64,000 nt of DNA from an uncultured delta proteobacterium (GTDB lineage: Bacteria > Desulfobacterota > Binatia > JACPRU01): assembly GCA_963745025.1 (NCBI GenBank), contig CAVUWD010000005.1, forward strand, positions 183,860-247,859. The letters are read 5' to 3'. Under the pieces are notes generated by a model that was given only the letters and a program-made list of their open reading frames with translations, was not told the origin of the DNA and did no database searches. A program made the translations under genes and the position numbers. Positions 30,360-43,761 of the stretch are shown in pieces (position 1 is the stretch's first letter; each line of letters starts with the position of its first letter).

Positions 30360-30646
30360 ACTCACCGTTCACGATACTGCGAGAGCAGCTCTACGGATTG
30401 TGGCAACAGGTACGCGAGCGGGGCGCCGAGCAAGGGTATCTGCCGCTGCTTCGCCCGGTGGCTCCCTATGCCGGTCCCGAGGCGCTCTCGCCGGTCACCA
30501 TGCTCGGGGTGATGCTCGGGATCGTCGTGAGCTCCGGGGTGGCGCTCGCGGCGCTCGGCGTGCTGCTGCTCGCGCTCCTCGTGCTTTACTTCCTCTTCAC
30601 CGAGGTTCTCGGCCTCACCATCGAAGTGAAGCCGCTCGCCTTCTGA
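30356..30646 (+). CDS. Small hypothetical membrane protein
   Basis: Long hydrophobic stretch; GGAGG RBS; translationally coupled to neighbours. Confidence 0.65.
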   Translation: MNSPFTILREQLYGLWQQVRERGAEQGYLPLLRPVAPYAGPEALSPVTMLGVMLGIVVSSGVALAALGVLLLALLVLYFLFTEVLGLTIEVKPLAF

Positions 30647-31236
30647 ACTCCCTCCGCCTCGTTCTCGACTACGCGGGCTCCGCGGAAGCTCCGGCGGAGT
30701 ATCCGCGCTGGTCGCTCCCCGAGATCGCGCTCGCCGGGCGCTCGAACTCGGGAAAGTCTTCGCTATTGAACCGCATCGCCGGACGGCGCGATCTCGCGCG
30801 GGTGAGCAAGACTCCCGGCCGCACGCGGCGGATCCATTTCTTCGCCGACCCTCACGCGGGCCTCGCCCTCGTGGACCTTCCCGGCTACGGATTCGCGCAC
30901 GCGGCCAAGAGCGACCGCCGGCGCTTCGCCGCTGCGGTCGAGCGCTATCTCTCCGAACGGCCGCTGCTTCGCGGCCTCGTTCTGCTGCTCGACGTACGTC
31001 GCGCCCCCGAAGAGGAGGAGCGAATGCTCGTCGACTTCGCGCGGTCTCGGACGATCGGCATCGCGCCCGTCGTAACCAAGGTGGACAAGCTCGGCCGCGG
31101 CGAGCGGATACGACGGCTTCGCGAGCTCGATCGCGCTGGGATCGGTACCTGGATTCCCTTCTCGGCGACGACCGGCGAGGGGAAGGACGCGGTCCTCGAG
31201 GCGATCGTCGCGCTTGCCGCCGAACGCCGGCGTTGA
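30643..31236 (+). CDS. engB: Ribosome biogenesis GTPase EngB/YihA (start probably CTG)
   Basis: GRSNSGKS, SKTPGRT, DLPGYG and TKVDK G-motifs. Confidence 0.9.
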   Translation: MNSLRLVLDYAGSAEAPAEYPRWSLPEIALAGRSNSGKSSLLNRIAGRRDLARVSKTPGRTRRIHFFADPHAGLALVDLPGYGFAHAAKSDRRRFAAAVERYLSERPLLRGLVLLLDVRRAPEEEERMLVDFARSRTIGIAPVVTKVDKLGRGERIRRLRELDRAGIGTWIPFSATTGEGKDAVLEAIVALAAERRR

Positions 31237-31477
31237 CAGGGGCTCTATCGAGAGTGCATCCCCATGGATATGCGAACCAGGCTCGATCTCGGTGAGGTGG
31301 TCGTCGAGCGGAAGAGGCGCCTCGCGGCGCCCGGCAGGATGGAGGAGACGCTCGAACGGATGCCGTGTCGCCCCCTGCCGAGATGATGCTGGCAGCTACC
31401 TCCGTTTGGGTCGGTCCCCTGTGCGCGGAGGGGTGAGTGGGCGCCGCCCGACGGCGGCTCGGGAGTCGAAGCGGTTG

Positions 31478-32278
31478 GTGACGGGAGACAGAGACGCGAT
31501 CGGCATCTTCGATTCGGGAGTCGGTGGCCTCACCGTGATGCACCAGCTCATCGAGGCGCTGCCCGCGGAGAGCCTCGTCTACCTCGGCGACACCGGCCGG
31601 TACCCCTACGGCAGCAAGTCGCCCGAGACGGTGACTCGCTATTCCCTCGAGAACGCCGCCTTCCTCGTCGACAAAGGCATCAAGTTGCTGGTCGTCGCCT
31701 GTAACGCCGCCTCGTCCGTCGCTCTCGGCGCGCTGAAGGCAGAATGCCCTGTGCCGGTCGTCGGCGTGATCGAGCCTGGCGCCAAGGCCGCCGCGGCGCG
31801 CACGAGGAACGCCCGCGTGGGCGTCATCGGCACCGAGGTGACGATTGCCAGCGGCTCCTACACGCGCGCGCTGAAGCGCCTTCGGCCCGACTTCGAGATC
31901 TACACACGCGCGTGCCCGCTGTTCGTACCGCTCGCGGAAGAGGGATGGACCGACAACGAGGTGGCGAGGGCGACGATCGCCCTGTACCTCGGAAGTTTGC
32001 AGAAAAGCGGGATCGACACGCTGATCCTTGGTTGCACGCACTACCCGCTGCTGAAAGCCGCGATCGGCGAGTTTCTCGGCGACGCGGTGGCGCTCGTCGA
32101 TTCGGCCGAAGAGACCGCGCGCGAAGTGCGCGAGACACTCAAGGGAGCCGGCCTGCTGCGGCGCCGGGGCCGCGGCGGCGCGAGCTTTTTCGTCACCGAC
32201 GTTCCCGACCGCTTCATCAAAGTCGGCCGGCGCTTCCTCGGCGAGCGGGTGGAGTCGGCCGTGCGGATCGAGCGATGA
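31478..32278 (+). CDS. murI: Glutamate racemase
   Basis: IGIFDSGVGGLTV, PYGSKS, VACNAAS and LGCTHYP motifs. Confidence 0.95.
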   Translation: MTGDRDAIGIFDSGVGGLTVMHQLIEALPAESLVYLGDTGRYPYGSKSPETVTRYSLENAAFLVDKGIKLLVVACNAASSVALGALKAECPVPVVGVIEPGAKAAAARTRNARVGVIGTEVTIASGSYTRALKRLRPDFEIYTRACPLFVPLAEEGWTDNEVARATIALYLGSLQKSGIDTLILGCTHYPLLKAAIGEFLGDAVALVDSAEETAREVRETLKGAGLLRRRGRGGASFFVTDVPDRFIKVGRRFLGERVESAVRIER

Positions 32279-33195
32279 ACGACGTCGACAAAGCGGCCGT
32301 CGGCACCCCGGTCGGGATGGCGGGGATGATGGAGTGGATCACGCTCCTGCGGCCGTCGCAGTGGCTCAAGAACCTGCTCGTCTTTGCGGCGTTGATCTTC
32401 TCCCGGCATCTGGTCGTCGCGCAGTCGGTGGCGCGGGCGATCCTCGCGTTCGCGAGCTTCTGTCTTCTCGCCAGCGCCTCCTACGTGGTGAACGACGTCC
32501 ACGACGCCGAGAAGGACCGCCTTCACCCGATCAAGCGCCTGCGCCCGATCGCAGCGAACCGGGTCTCCACGCAATCGGCGCTCTGGCTGGCGGTCGTGCT
32601 CGCCTCGGCGGCGCTCGCGCTCGCCCTCGTCCTCGGTCCGGAATTTGCCGAGATCGTCGCGGCCTACGCGGTGCTCCAGCTCGTCTATTCCTTCGTGGTC
32701 AAGGACATCGTGATCCTCGACGTCATGGCGATCGCCACCGGCTTCGTGCTCCGGGCCGTGGGGGGTGGCGTGGTGATCGACGTGTACGTCTCGCCCTGGC
32801 TGGTCATCTGCACGTTCTTGCTCGCGCTCTTCCTCGGCTTCAGCAAGCGGCGCCACGAGGTCGTGTTGCTCGAGGGCGCCGCCAGCGCCCATCGCGAGAG
32901 CCTACGCGAGTATAGCCCGTATTTCTTGGATCAGATGATCTCGGTCGTCACCGCGTCGACCGTGCTCGCCTACGCGATCTACACCGTGTCGCCGGAGGTG
33001 CGCGAGAAGCTCCACACCGATTCGCTCTACCTGACCATCCCCTTTGTCTTGTACGGAATTTTCCGTTACCTATACTTAGTTCACCAGCGCGAGGGCGGCG
33101 GCAACCCGACGCGAGAGCTGCTCACCGACCGACCGCTTTGGGTGAACGTATTGCTCTGGATTGGGACGGCGATATGGCTTCTGTACGTTCACTAG
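32275..33195 (+). CDS. UbiA-family decaprenyl-phosphate phosphoribosyltransferase-like protein
   Basis: RPSQWLKNLLVF, YVVNDVHDAEKDRLHPIKRLRPIA and GFSKRRHE motifs. Confidence 0.88.
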   Translation: MNDVDKAAVGTPVGMAGMMEWITLLRPSQWLKNLLVFAALIFSRHLVVAQSVARAILAFASFCLLASASYVVNDVHDAEKDRLHPIKRLRPIAANRVSTQSALWLAVVLASAALALALVLGPEFAEIVAAYAVLQLVYSFVVKDIVILDVMAIATGFVLRAVGGGVVIDVYVSPWLVICTFLLALFLGFSKRRHEVVLLEGAASAHRESLREYSPYFLDQMISVVTASTVLAYAIYTVSPEVREKLHTDSLYLTIPFVLYGIFRYLYLVHQREGGGNPTRELLTDRPLWVNVLLWIGTAIWLLYVH

Positions 33196-34322
33196 TCGCG
33201 GTCGTGAAGACCAAACCCGAGTCCGTTCTCGAGGACTACGGGAGGGTGATGCACCTGGCGGGATACCAGAACACGGTCTCGCCTGCAGGCGACACGCTGC
33301 TCAAGCTGAACCTCTCCTGGACACAATACTTCCCGGCGTGCTCGACAGAGCCCTGGCAGCTCGAGGGCGTCGTCCGGACCCTGCTCGAGGACGGCTACGC
33401 GCGTGAGCGCCTCTTCCCGGTCGAGAACAAGACCGTGGTCACCAACCCGCGGAAGGGCTGCAAGAACAACCTCTGGGAGCCGATTCTCGACCGTTACGGC
33501 CTCACGTTCCAGCCGCTTCCCGAGGTCGAGTGGACCGTCTACAAGTTCCAGTCGCCGCTGCTCAAGCTGAACGACATCTTCCCCGAGGGCATCGAGATCC
33601 CGAAGATGTACATCGGCAGGAGCATCATTCACTTTCCGACGGTAAAGACGCACGGCCACTCGATCACCACGGGAGCCATCAAGAATGCGTTCGGCGGCCT
33701 CCTCAAGGAGGTTCGCCACTATGCCCACAAGTACATCCACGAGGTGATGGTCGACCTCGTGATGATGCAGAAGGAGATCCATCCGGGAGTGTTCGCCGTG
33801 ATGGACGGTACGGTGGCCGGCGACGGTGCCGGCCCGCGCACGATGTTCCCGCGCATCAAGAACTACATCCTGGCGAGCTCGGACAGCGTGGCGATCGACG
33901 CGGTCGCCGCCAAGATGATGGGCTTTGCGCCGATGGAGATTCCCTATTTGCGCATGTGCCACGAGCGCGGCCTCGGCGTGGCCGATCCGCGCGAGATCGA
34001 GGTCGTCGGCGAGGACGTGTCGAGCGTGAACTTCGGCTTCGAGACCAAGCGGAGCTTCGTGATCTGGGGAGACCAGATGCTGCGCAAGGGGCCGCTCCAG
34101 TTTCTCGAGAAGGTGGCGCTGCACTCGCCGCTGGTCGTCTGGGCGCCGATGGCCTCGAACGTCTACCACGACTTTCTCTGGTACCCGACGGTCGGCCGGC
34201 AACGGATCCGGGAGTTCGGCAAGACCGAGTGGGGCCGGCTCTTCGAGCGTTACCGGGCCGAGGGCACGCGCGGCGGACCGCTCGCCGAGCCGCCGGTGGC
34301 AAAGAGAGCCGCGGTGTCGTGA
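33174..34322 (+). CDS. DUF362 domain protein
   Basis: LLKLNLSW, PTVKTHGH..TGAIKNAFG, MDGTVAGDGAGP and VAIDAVAA motifs. Confidence 0.82.
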   Translation: MASVRSLVAVVKTKPESVLEDYGRVMHLAGYQNTVSPAGDTLLKLNLSWTQYFPACSTEPWQLEGVVRTLLEDGYARERLFPVENKTVVTNPRKGCKNNLWEPILDRYGLTFQPLPEVEWTVYKFQSPLLKLNDIFPEGIEIPKMYIGRSIIHFPTVKTHGHSITTGAIKNAFGGLLKEVRHYAHKYIHEVMVDLVMMQKEIHPGVFAVMDGTVAGDGAGPRTMFPRIKNYILASSDSVAIDAVAAKMMGFAPMEIPYLRMCHERGLGVADPREIEVVGEDVSSVNFGFETKRSFVIWGDQMLRKGPLQFLEKVALHSPLVVWAPMASNVYHDFLWYPTVGRQRIREFGKTEWGRLFERYRAEGTRGGPLAEPPVAKRAAVS

Positions 34323-34328
34323 GTAAGA

Positions 34329-34398
34329 GGCTACCGGTTACAGAAAAAGGCTTCGCGAACGCTCGGGTCTTTGCCGGTAGCCGGTAGCCGGAAGCCGG
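34329..34398. repeat. Heptamer-based palindromic intergenic element (copy 5)
   Basis: GGCTACC-GGTTACA-GAAAAAGG ... TCTTTGCC-GGTAGCC-GGTAGCC-GGAAGCC-GG. Confidence 0.8.
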
Positions 34399-34406
34399 AT
34401 CTTCCC

Positions 34407-38089
<3,683 letters not shown>

Positions 38090-38159
38090 CGGCTTCGACC
38101 GACCGCGCAGCGGGTTGAAGCGGAAGGGTCGGCCGTAGCGCATCGCCGCGGACGAACTC

Positions 38160-39386
38160 TTGAGAGCTGCGCGCAACGCGAAGCCGATCGTGATCGCCGG
38201 CGGGGGCATCGGCGGATTGGCGGCGGCGCTCGGTCTGGCCATCAAGGGTTTTTGCGTGCTCGTCATCGAGCAAGCGAATCAGTTCGCCGAGATCGGCGCC
38301 GGTATCCAGCTCGCGCCGAACGCCTGGCACGCGATCGATGCGCTTCGTGTAGGAGGGCGGGTGAAGGAGCAAGCGGTCTTCATCGAGCGCTTGCTGATGA
38401 TGGACGCCGTAAGCGGGGAGACGGTGATCGACATCCCCGTCGACGACCGCTTCCGCAGGCGCTTCGGTAATCCCTACGCCGTCACGCATCGGGCTGACAT
38501 CCACGGCGCGCTGCTCGACGGCTGCCGAGCGCGCAGAGATCGGATCGAGTTGCGTACCGAAAGCCGAGTCGTCGGATTCGACCTCGAATCGAACGGCGTG
38601 ATCGTGAAGCTCGACAGCGGCGAGCGCCTTCGCGCCGCGGCGCTCGTCGGCGCCGATGGTTGGCGCTCGGCCGTGCGGGAAGGCATCGTCGGCGACGGCG
38701 AGCCACCGGTCTCGGGGCACATGTGTTATCGCGCGGTACTCGACGTTCAAGACATGCCGAGCGACCTTCGCTGGCCGGCGGCGACCTTGTGGGCGGGACC
38801 CAATACGCACGTCGTTCACTATCCGCTGCGCGGTTGGAAGCTCTTCAACCTCGTGGCCACGGCCGTGCGCGAAGAAGCCGCCGGCGGCCACAACGAGGAG
38901 GCCCCGTCCGAGGAAGTGCTGCCGCTCTTCGCCGAGGATTGCGACAAGCCTCTGACGATCTTGCGAGTGCCGAAGACGTTCCGCCGCTGGATGCTGCGCT
39001 TCCGCGAGCCGGTCGACAATTGGAGCCGCGGCCCCGTGACTCTGCTCGGCGATGCGGCGCATCTGATGCTGCAGTACGCCGCGCAAGGCGCGGCGATGGC
39101 ACTGGAGGACGCGGTTTGCCTCGCTTCTCGAGTGGACGAAAGCGATGGCGACTGCGCCGCGGCGTTCCAGAGCTACCAGCAGACGCGGCTCGTGCGCGCC
39201 TCGCGGGTGCAGATCTCGGCGAGCCTTCTCGGACTTCTCTATCATGCCAAGGGAGTCGGGCGATGGGTGCGCAACGACGTCTACGCAGGTTGGCGAGGCG
39301 AGCGGCAGTACGAGGCGTTCGACTGGATCTATCAGCCGCCCGACTACGTTCGCGACTTTGCAGCGTCGGCGCGGCGGGATTTCTAG
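38160..39386 (+). CDS. FAD-dependent monooxygenase, 3-hydroxybenzoate 6-hydroxylase-like
   Basis: GGGIGG, EIGAGIQLAPN, FGNPYAVTHRADIH and GDAAH..QYAAQGAAMALED motifs. Confidence 0.85.
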   Translation: MRAARNAKPIVIAGGGIGGLAAALGLAIKGFCVLVIEQANQFAEIGAGIQLAPNAWHAIDALRVGGRVKEQAVFIERLLMMDAVSGETVIDIPVDDRFRRRFGNPYAVTHRADIHGALLDGCRARRDRIELRTESRVVGFDLESNGVIVKLDSGERLRAAALVGADGWRSAVREGIVGDGEPPVSGHMCYRAVLDVQDMPSDLRWPAATLWAGPNTHVVHYPLRGWKLFNLVATAVREEAAGGHNEEAPSEEVLPLFAEDCDKPLTILRVPKTFRRWMLRFREPVDNWSRGPVTLLGDAAHLMLQYAAQGAAMALEDAVCLASRVDESDGDCAAAFQSYQQTRLVRASRVQISASLLGLLYHAKGVGRWVRNDVYAGWRGERQYEAFDWIYQPPDYVRDFAASARRDF

Positions 39387-39499
39387 CCGAGCGAAGCGTT
39401 GCCGCCGTCAAACGAGCACAGGCAGCCGTCTCGCTCGAATGACAACTCCGGACGACCGGCCGTCTGGGAACGGGACCGAATCACCGGATCGAGTTCGAG

Positions 39500-40834
39500 T
39501 CAGCCGGCGACTGCGTAGAGTCGCCACTCCCCGGGGATTCCCTTGAGCTCGCGATCCCCACGGTCATCGAAGCGGAGGCCGGAGCCGGCGACGAGATCCC
39601 TGACGGTCCCCGAGACGAGGATCTCGCCGGGAGCAGCCGACGCGGCGACTCGCGCGCCGATGTGCACGGCGATGCCGGCGACCTTCTCGCCCGAGACCTC
39701 GCATTCGCCCGTGTGGAGCCCGGTGCGGACGACGAGACCGAGAGCGGCGACCGCATCGCGGATCGACTGAGCGCAGCGGATCGCCCGCGCCGGCCCGTCG
39801 AAGGTGGCGAAGAAGCCATCCCCCGCCGTGTCGACCTCGCGACCGCGGAAGCGGCCGACCTCGTCGCGGACGCGACCCTGAAAGCTCTCGAGAAGATCCC
39901 GCCAGCGGCGGTCGCCGAGCTCTCGGGCCCGCTCGGTCGAGCCGACGACGTCGGTGAAGAGTACCGTCGCGAGCACCCGGTCGACCTCGGAGGCCCCGCG
40001 CGTCCCCGTCAGAAACTCCTCGATCTCGCCCACGAACGGCTCCGCGTCCCCGACCCAGGGGAGGTGGTCCCGTCCCTCGAGCTCCACGAACCGTGCTCCG
40101 GGCACGAGCTGCGCCACGTACCGCCCGACCTCGACCGGGAGGTTGGTGTCGTCGCGCCGATGCAGGATGAGCGTCGGCACGCGAATCGACGGTAGAACGT
40201 TACGGACGTCGATCTCCGCGTTCATCCGCCAGAGCGCGATCGCCGCGCCGGGGCTGGCTCCGAGCCGCTCGAGCCGCGCGAACCAGCGCGCGATTCGCTC
40301 GTCGTCGGCGACGCTCGGGGCGAGGATGAAGCGAAGCAGCCCCTGGCCCCAGGTCTCGCCGAATGCTCGCGCGATCTGCTCGTTCGTCTCTGCGTCGGGC
40401 GCCCACGGGTAGCCGGGAGCCTTGGTGAAGGCCGCGGGCGCTCCGTAGAGCACGAGCGAGCGGGTGCGCCGTGGATGTGTTGCCGCGAAGAGCGCGCACA
40501 TAGGCCCGCCCTCCCAGAACCCGAGCAGGGTCGCCCGCTCCGATCCGCAGGCGTCGAGGACGGCGCGGAGATCGTCCATGCGCTGCTCGAGCGTCGGCAT
40601 CTCTCCGGGAGGCACGCGGTCGGAGAGGCCCGTGCCGCGCTTGTCGAAGAGGATGAGGCGGCTGAAGCTCGCCACGCGGCGCAGCATCGACGCATTTTCC
40701 GGCCACTCCCACTGGTGCTCGAGGTGCCACACGAATCCGGGCACGATGACGAGGTCGAGCGCGCCCTCACCCACGGTCTGATAGGCGATGTAGAGGTCGC
40801 CGCTTTTCGCGTAGCGCGTCTCGACGTCCGCCAT
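39500..40834 (-). CDS. Alpha/beta-hydrolase plus class III adenylate/guanylate cyclase fusion (LipJ-like)
   Basis: FDKRGTGLSD; cyclase motifs LFTDVVGST, GDGFFA, GLHTGECE and LKGIPG. Confidence 0.9.
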   Translation of the reverse strand: MADVETRYAKSGDLYIAYQTVGEGALDLVIVPGFVWHLEHQWEWPENASMLRRVASFSRLILFDKRGTGLSDRVPPGEMPTLEQRMDDLRAVLDACGSERATLLGFWEGGPMCALFAATHPRRTRSLVLYGAPAAFTKAPGYPWAPDAETNEQIARAFGETWGQGLLRFILAPSVADDERIARWFARLERLGASPGAAIALWRMNAEIDVRNVLPSIRVPTLILHRRDDTNLPVEVGRYVAQLVPGARFVELEGRDHLPWVGDAEPFVGEIEEFLTGTRGASEVDRVLATVLFTDVVGSTERARELGDRRWRDLLESFQGRVRDEVGRFRGREVDTAGDGFFATFDGPARAIRCAQSIRDAVAALGLVVRTGLHTGECEVSGEKVAGIAVHIGARVAASAAPGEILVSGTVRDLVAGSGLRFDDRGDRELKGIPGEWRLYAVAG

Positions 40835-40958
40835 CCGCCAACAGTGTATCGCGGGCCTCGCGCCGGGGGTAGCGATCGCCGCCGTCGCTCTCGGCGGGTT
40901 ACGAGTCGCCGCGGTTGCGGGCTTTTTCACGCACGAAATCCCTGATAACTCGCCGCGA

Positions 40959-42164
40959 ATGAAGATCGCCACCCAGCGAGAGGACATCCGCGTCCCTGGC
41001 TTCCTCTTCTCCGGGATCGCCTGCGGGCTCAAGGAGGACGGCCGGCAAGACGTCGCGCTCCTCTACGCCGAAAAGCCGGCGGCGGCAGCCGGCGCGTTCA
41101 CCACCAACCGGTTTGCCGCTCCGCCGGTGGCGGTCGCCCGCGAGCGCGTCCGCGCCGGTCGCATCCGCGCCGTGCTCGTCAACACCAAGTCGGCGAACGC
41201 GGGGACGGGGGCTTCGGGGCTTCGGAAGGCGCTGGCGTGCTGCCGGCTGGCTGCGGAGCTGCTCAAGATCCCGGAGAAGCAGGTGATCCCGTGCTCGACC
41301 GGCAAGATCGGCTTGCCGCTCTCCTGGGAAAAGATCTCGCGCGGGATCCGCTTGGCGGTCCTGAAGCTGTCGCCCGCCGGACTCTGGGACGCGGCGGAGG
41401 CGATCCGCACGACCGATGCTTTTCCCAAGGTCGCGGTTCGCTACTTCGGCGTGGAACGCTCCCGCATCACCGTCGCGGGCCTCGCCAAGGGCGCCGGGAT
41501 GATCCAGCCGGACATGGCGACGACGCTCGCCTACGTGCTGACCGACGCTGCGTGCGAGCCGGCGCTGCTTCGACGGACTCTCCGCGAGGGGCTCGCCGAC
41601 TCGTTCAATGCCATCTCCGTCGACGGCGATACCTCGACCAACGACACGGCGCTGCTGCTCGCGAGCGGCGCGTCGGGGGTGGCGGTCCCCGCGGGGGCGG
41701 CCGCCGCCCGCCGGCTCGGGAGCGCGGTCTCCGAAGTGCTGGGAGACCTCGCGCGCATGATCGTCGCCGACGGCGAAGGCGCCTCGAAGGTCGCCCGGGT
41801 CGTCGTGCGCCGGGCGCGCACCCGTGCCGACGCCGAGCGCGCCGCGCGAGCGGTCGCCAACTCGCTTCTGGTGAAGACCGCGATCTACGGCGCCGATCCG
41901 AACTGGGGCCGGATTGCCTGCGCCATCGGCTACTCCGGAGCGCGCTTCCGGCCCGAGCGGACGGTGATCGCGATCGGCGGAGTCGTCGTCGCACGCGCGG
42001 CGGAGGGGACGGGCAAGACGGCGGAACGGCGCGCGCGACGCGCGATGCAGCGCAAGGACTTCACGATCGACATCGACCTCGGCGAGGGTCGCGAACGAGC
42101 GGCGATCCTCACCTGCGATCTCGGCGTCGACTACGTGAAGTTCAACTCGGAGTACTCCTCGTAA
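40959..42164 (+). CDS. argJ: Ornithine acetyltransferase / N-acetylglutamate synthase
   Basis: FTTN, TTDAFPK, KGAGMIQPDMAT, DGDTSTND, DGEGASK and DPNWGRI motifs. Confidence 0.95.
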   Translation: MKIATQREDIRVPGFLFSGIACGLKEDGRQDVALLYAEKPAAAAGAFTTNRFAAPPVAVARERVRAGRIRAVLVNTKSANAGTGASGLRKALACCRLAAELLKIPEKQVIPCSTGKIGLPLSWEKISRGIRLAVLKLSPAGLWDAAEAIRTTDAFPKVAVRYFGVERSRITVAGLAKGAGMIQPDMATTLAYVLTDAACEPALLRRTLREGLADSFNAISVDGDTSTNDTALLLASGASGVAVPAGAAAARRLGSAVSEVLGDLARMIVADGEGASKVARVVVRRARTRADAERAARAVANSLLVKTAIYGADPNWGRIACAIGYSGARFRPERTVIAIGGVVVARAAEGTGKTAERRARRAMQRKDFTIDIDLGEGRERAAILTCDLGVDYVKFNSEYSS

Positions 42165-42217
42165 CAGCGATCGGCTGTCGGCAACGATTTTCAGAGAAGA
42201 CCGATGGCCACGAAGTA

Positions 42218-42249
42218 GAAGGGGCCGCCGGTTGCCCGGCGGCCCCTTC
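42218..42249. terminator. Intrinsic terminator hairpin between convergent genes (probably bidirectional)
   Basis: GAAGGGGCCGCCGG-TTGC-CCGGCGGCCCCTTC forms a perfect 14-bp stem, followed by GTTT. Confidence 0.75.
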
Positions 42250-42304
42250 GTTTCGCGGATTCACTGGTCAGCTAGAAGCTCACGCCTCGATTTGCCCAAG
42301 CGCT

Positions 42305-43636
42305 TTAGAAGCCCGCGCTCTTGATCAGGTAGTTGATCGTGAAGTTGTCCGGCGTGTTCCAGTCACGCGGAACGTTGTGGTACCAGTGCTTCACGCCGAG
42401 GTTCGGATAGAGGTACCCGTCCGGGCAATCCCAGTGGGAGGCGTGGCCCAGCTGCATGTCCACCACGCCGCCATGGTTCGGATAAAGGTGGTCGTACTCG
42501 TACTTCGGCGGGTCGATGGTCTTGGTTTCCACGACCTTCATCGAGCCGTCCGGAGCCTTCTCGATGCCGTGCGGGGTCTTGCCGGCGTCGGACATCATGT
42601 ACCAGCTCTTCCAGAGCTCGCCGCCCTGGTCATAGCCCTCGTTGTACTCGGCCATGTAGGACTCTTTGTCGACGTAGAGGATGCGCTTGGAGAACGCGTA
42701 CTGGGAGAATCCGGTGGGCGTTCCTTCCACCACCGCCGTTTCGCGTGCTTCGTGCGGTACGCACCAGATCTGCGCCCTGATGCCGCTCGTGCCGTCCGGC
42801 TGAGCGCACCACGCTTCACGCTGCCCGTATCCACCCGAGTGGAACGCGGCGAGCAGCTTGTGGACGCCGAGGAACTTGAAGGTCCAGAACGACAGCTTCG
42901 AGTTCCACGTCCAAATCGAGTCGATGTCGATGTCCGTGCCCCAGAACGCGTCGGAGCGGTTCGCCATCGACAGGCGGCGGACTTTCCGCAACTCCGGCAG
43001 GTACAGGTAGGAGTCGTCCGGAACGTCCGGGGAGACATAGCGGAAGTTCAGCACGCCCGAGCCCTTCAGGTCGTTCGGGTCGTGCAGCGGTCCCCACTGC
43101 TCGGTATAGCCGATCGCCGGATCGTGGGAGACGACCGGCTTCGGATCCATGTACATGCGGCCGCGCCACATCATGCGCCGCCAGAAGTTCGATCCGAAGA
43201 AGCGCTCCCGCTCACCCTTGCTGTTCACGAGCTCGACGTTCCACCCGCAGCCGACGTTGTCGGTATAAGGCGTCTTCTGCTCATGATTCCACATCCACTT
43301 GGCGCCCGCCTGCGGGTCGTTGTCGTCGATCGCCGGGAACGGTGCGCCGGCGACGTAGTTCAGCATGTCGCGGCCATCGGGGGATAGCTTGACCTGGCTC
43401 GCGTACTTTTCGGTTGCTTCTTTGTAGCGAGGCGGCCATTCATACTTCTGGTACGCGATGACCGGGATGACCATGCCATTGCGTACGAAGTATTGCATCG
43501 TCGGCAACATCGAGTCCTTATACTTTTCCAGATTGTCCTTGTTGACCACCGTGCCCGGGGGCGGCATCTCGGCCAGAGCCGCGAGGGGCAGGCCAATCAG
43601 CAAGGCGGTCACAAGGGACGTGACTGCTTTTCTCAT
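42305..43636 (-). CDS. DUF1329 family exported protein
   Basis: Signal peptide; NYVAGAPFP, YLYLPELRKVRRL, KRILYVDKE and YDQGGELWK motifs; AAGGAGG RBS. Confidence 0.82.
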   Translation of the reverse strand: MRKAVTSLVTALLIGLPLAALAEMPPPGTVVNKDNLEKYKDSMLPTMQYFVRNGMVIPVIAYQKYEWPPRYKEATEKYASQVKLSPDGRDMLNYVAGAPFPAIDDNDPQAGAKWMWNHEQKTPYTDNVGCGWNVELVNSKGERERFFGSNFWRRMMWRGRMYMDPKPVVSHDPAIGYTEQWGPLHDPNDLKGSGVLNFRYVSPDVPDDSYLYLPELRKVRRLSMANRSDAFWGTDIDIDSIWTWNSKLSFWTFKFLGVHKLLAAFHSGGYGQREAWCAQPDGTSGIRAQIWCVPHEARETAVVEGTPTGFSQYAFSKRILYVDKESYMAEYNEGYDQGGELWKSWYMMSDAGKTPHGIEKAPDGSMKVVETKTIDPPKYEYDHLYPNHGGVVDMQLGHASHWDCPDGYLYPNLGVKHWYHNVPRDWNTPDNFTINYLIKSAGF

Positions 43637-43707
43637 CGAATCCTCCTTTGTTTCGAGTTTGACGTAAACTTTCTATGGTGAATCCGCATGTTGTCATTAT
43701 TGGGAAC

Positions 43708-43723
43708 AGCAATGCTCATACCT
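43708..43723 (-). promoter_or_regulatory. Sigma-54 (-24/-12) promoter for the DUF1329 gene
   Basis: Minus strand reads AGGTATGAGCATTGCT = GG-N10-GC with TTGCT, about 70 nt above the start codon. Confidence 0.6.
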
Positions 43724-43748
43724 GCAATCGTGTGCCCCTTGGCGCCTC

Positions 43749-43761
43749 TAAGTCATTGATT
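43749..43761 (-). promoter_or_regulatory. IHF-binding site
   Basis: Minus strand AATCAATGACTTA matches WATCAANNNNTTR exactly, just upstream of the -24 box. Confidence 0.6.

Noticed and set aside
43723-43740. Second sigma-54 box GGGGCACACGATTGCA
   Set aside because: GGCAC sits one base too close to TTGC; the adjacent 43708-43723 site fits the consensus better.
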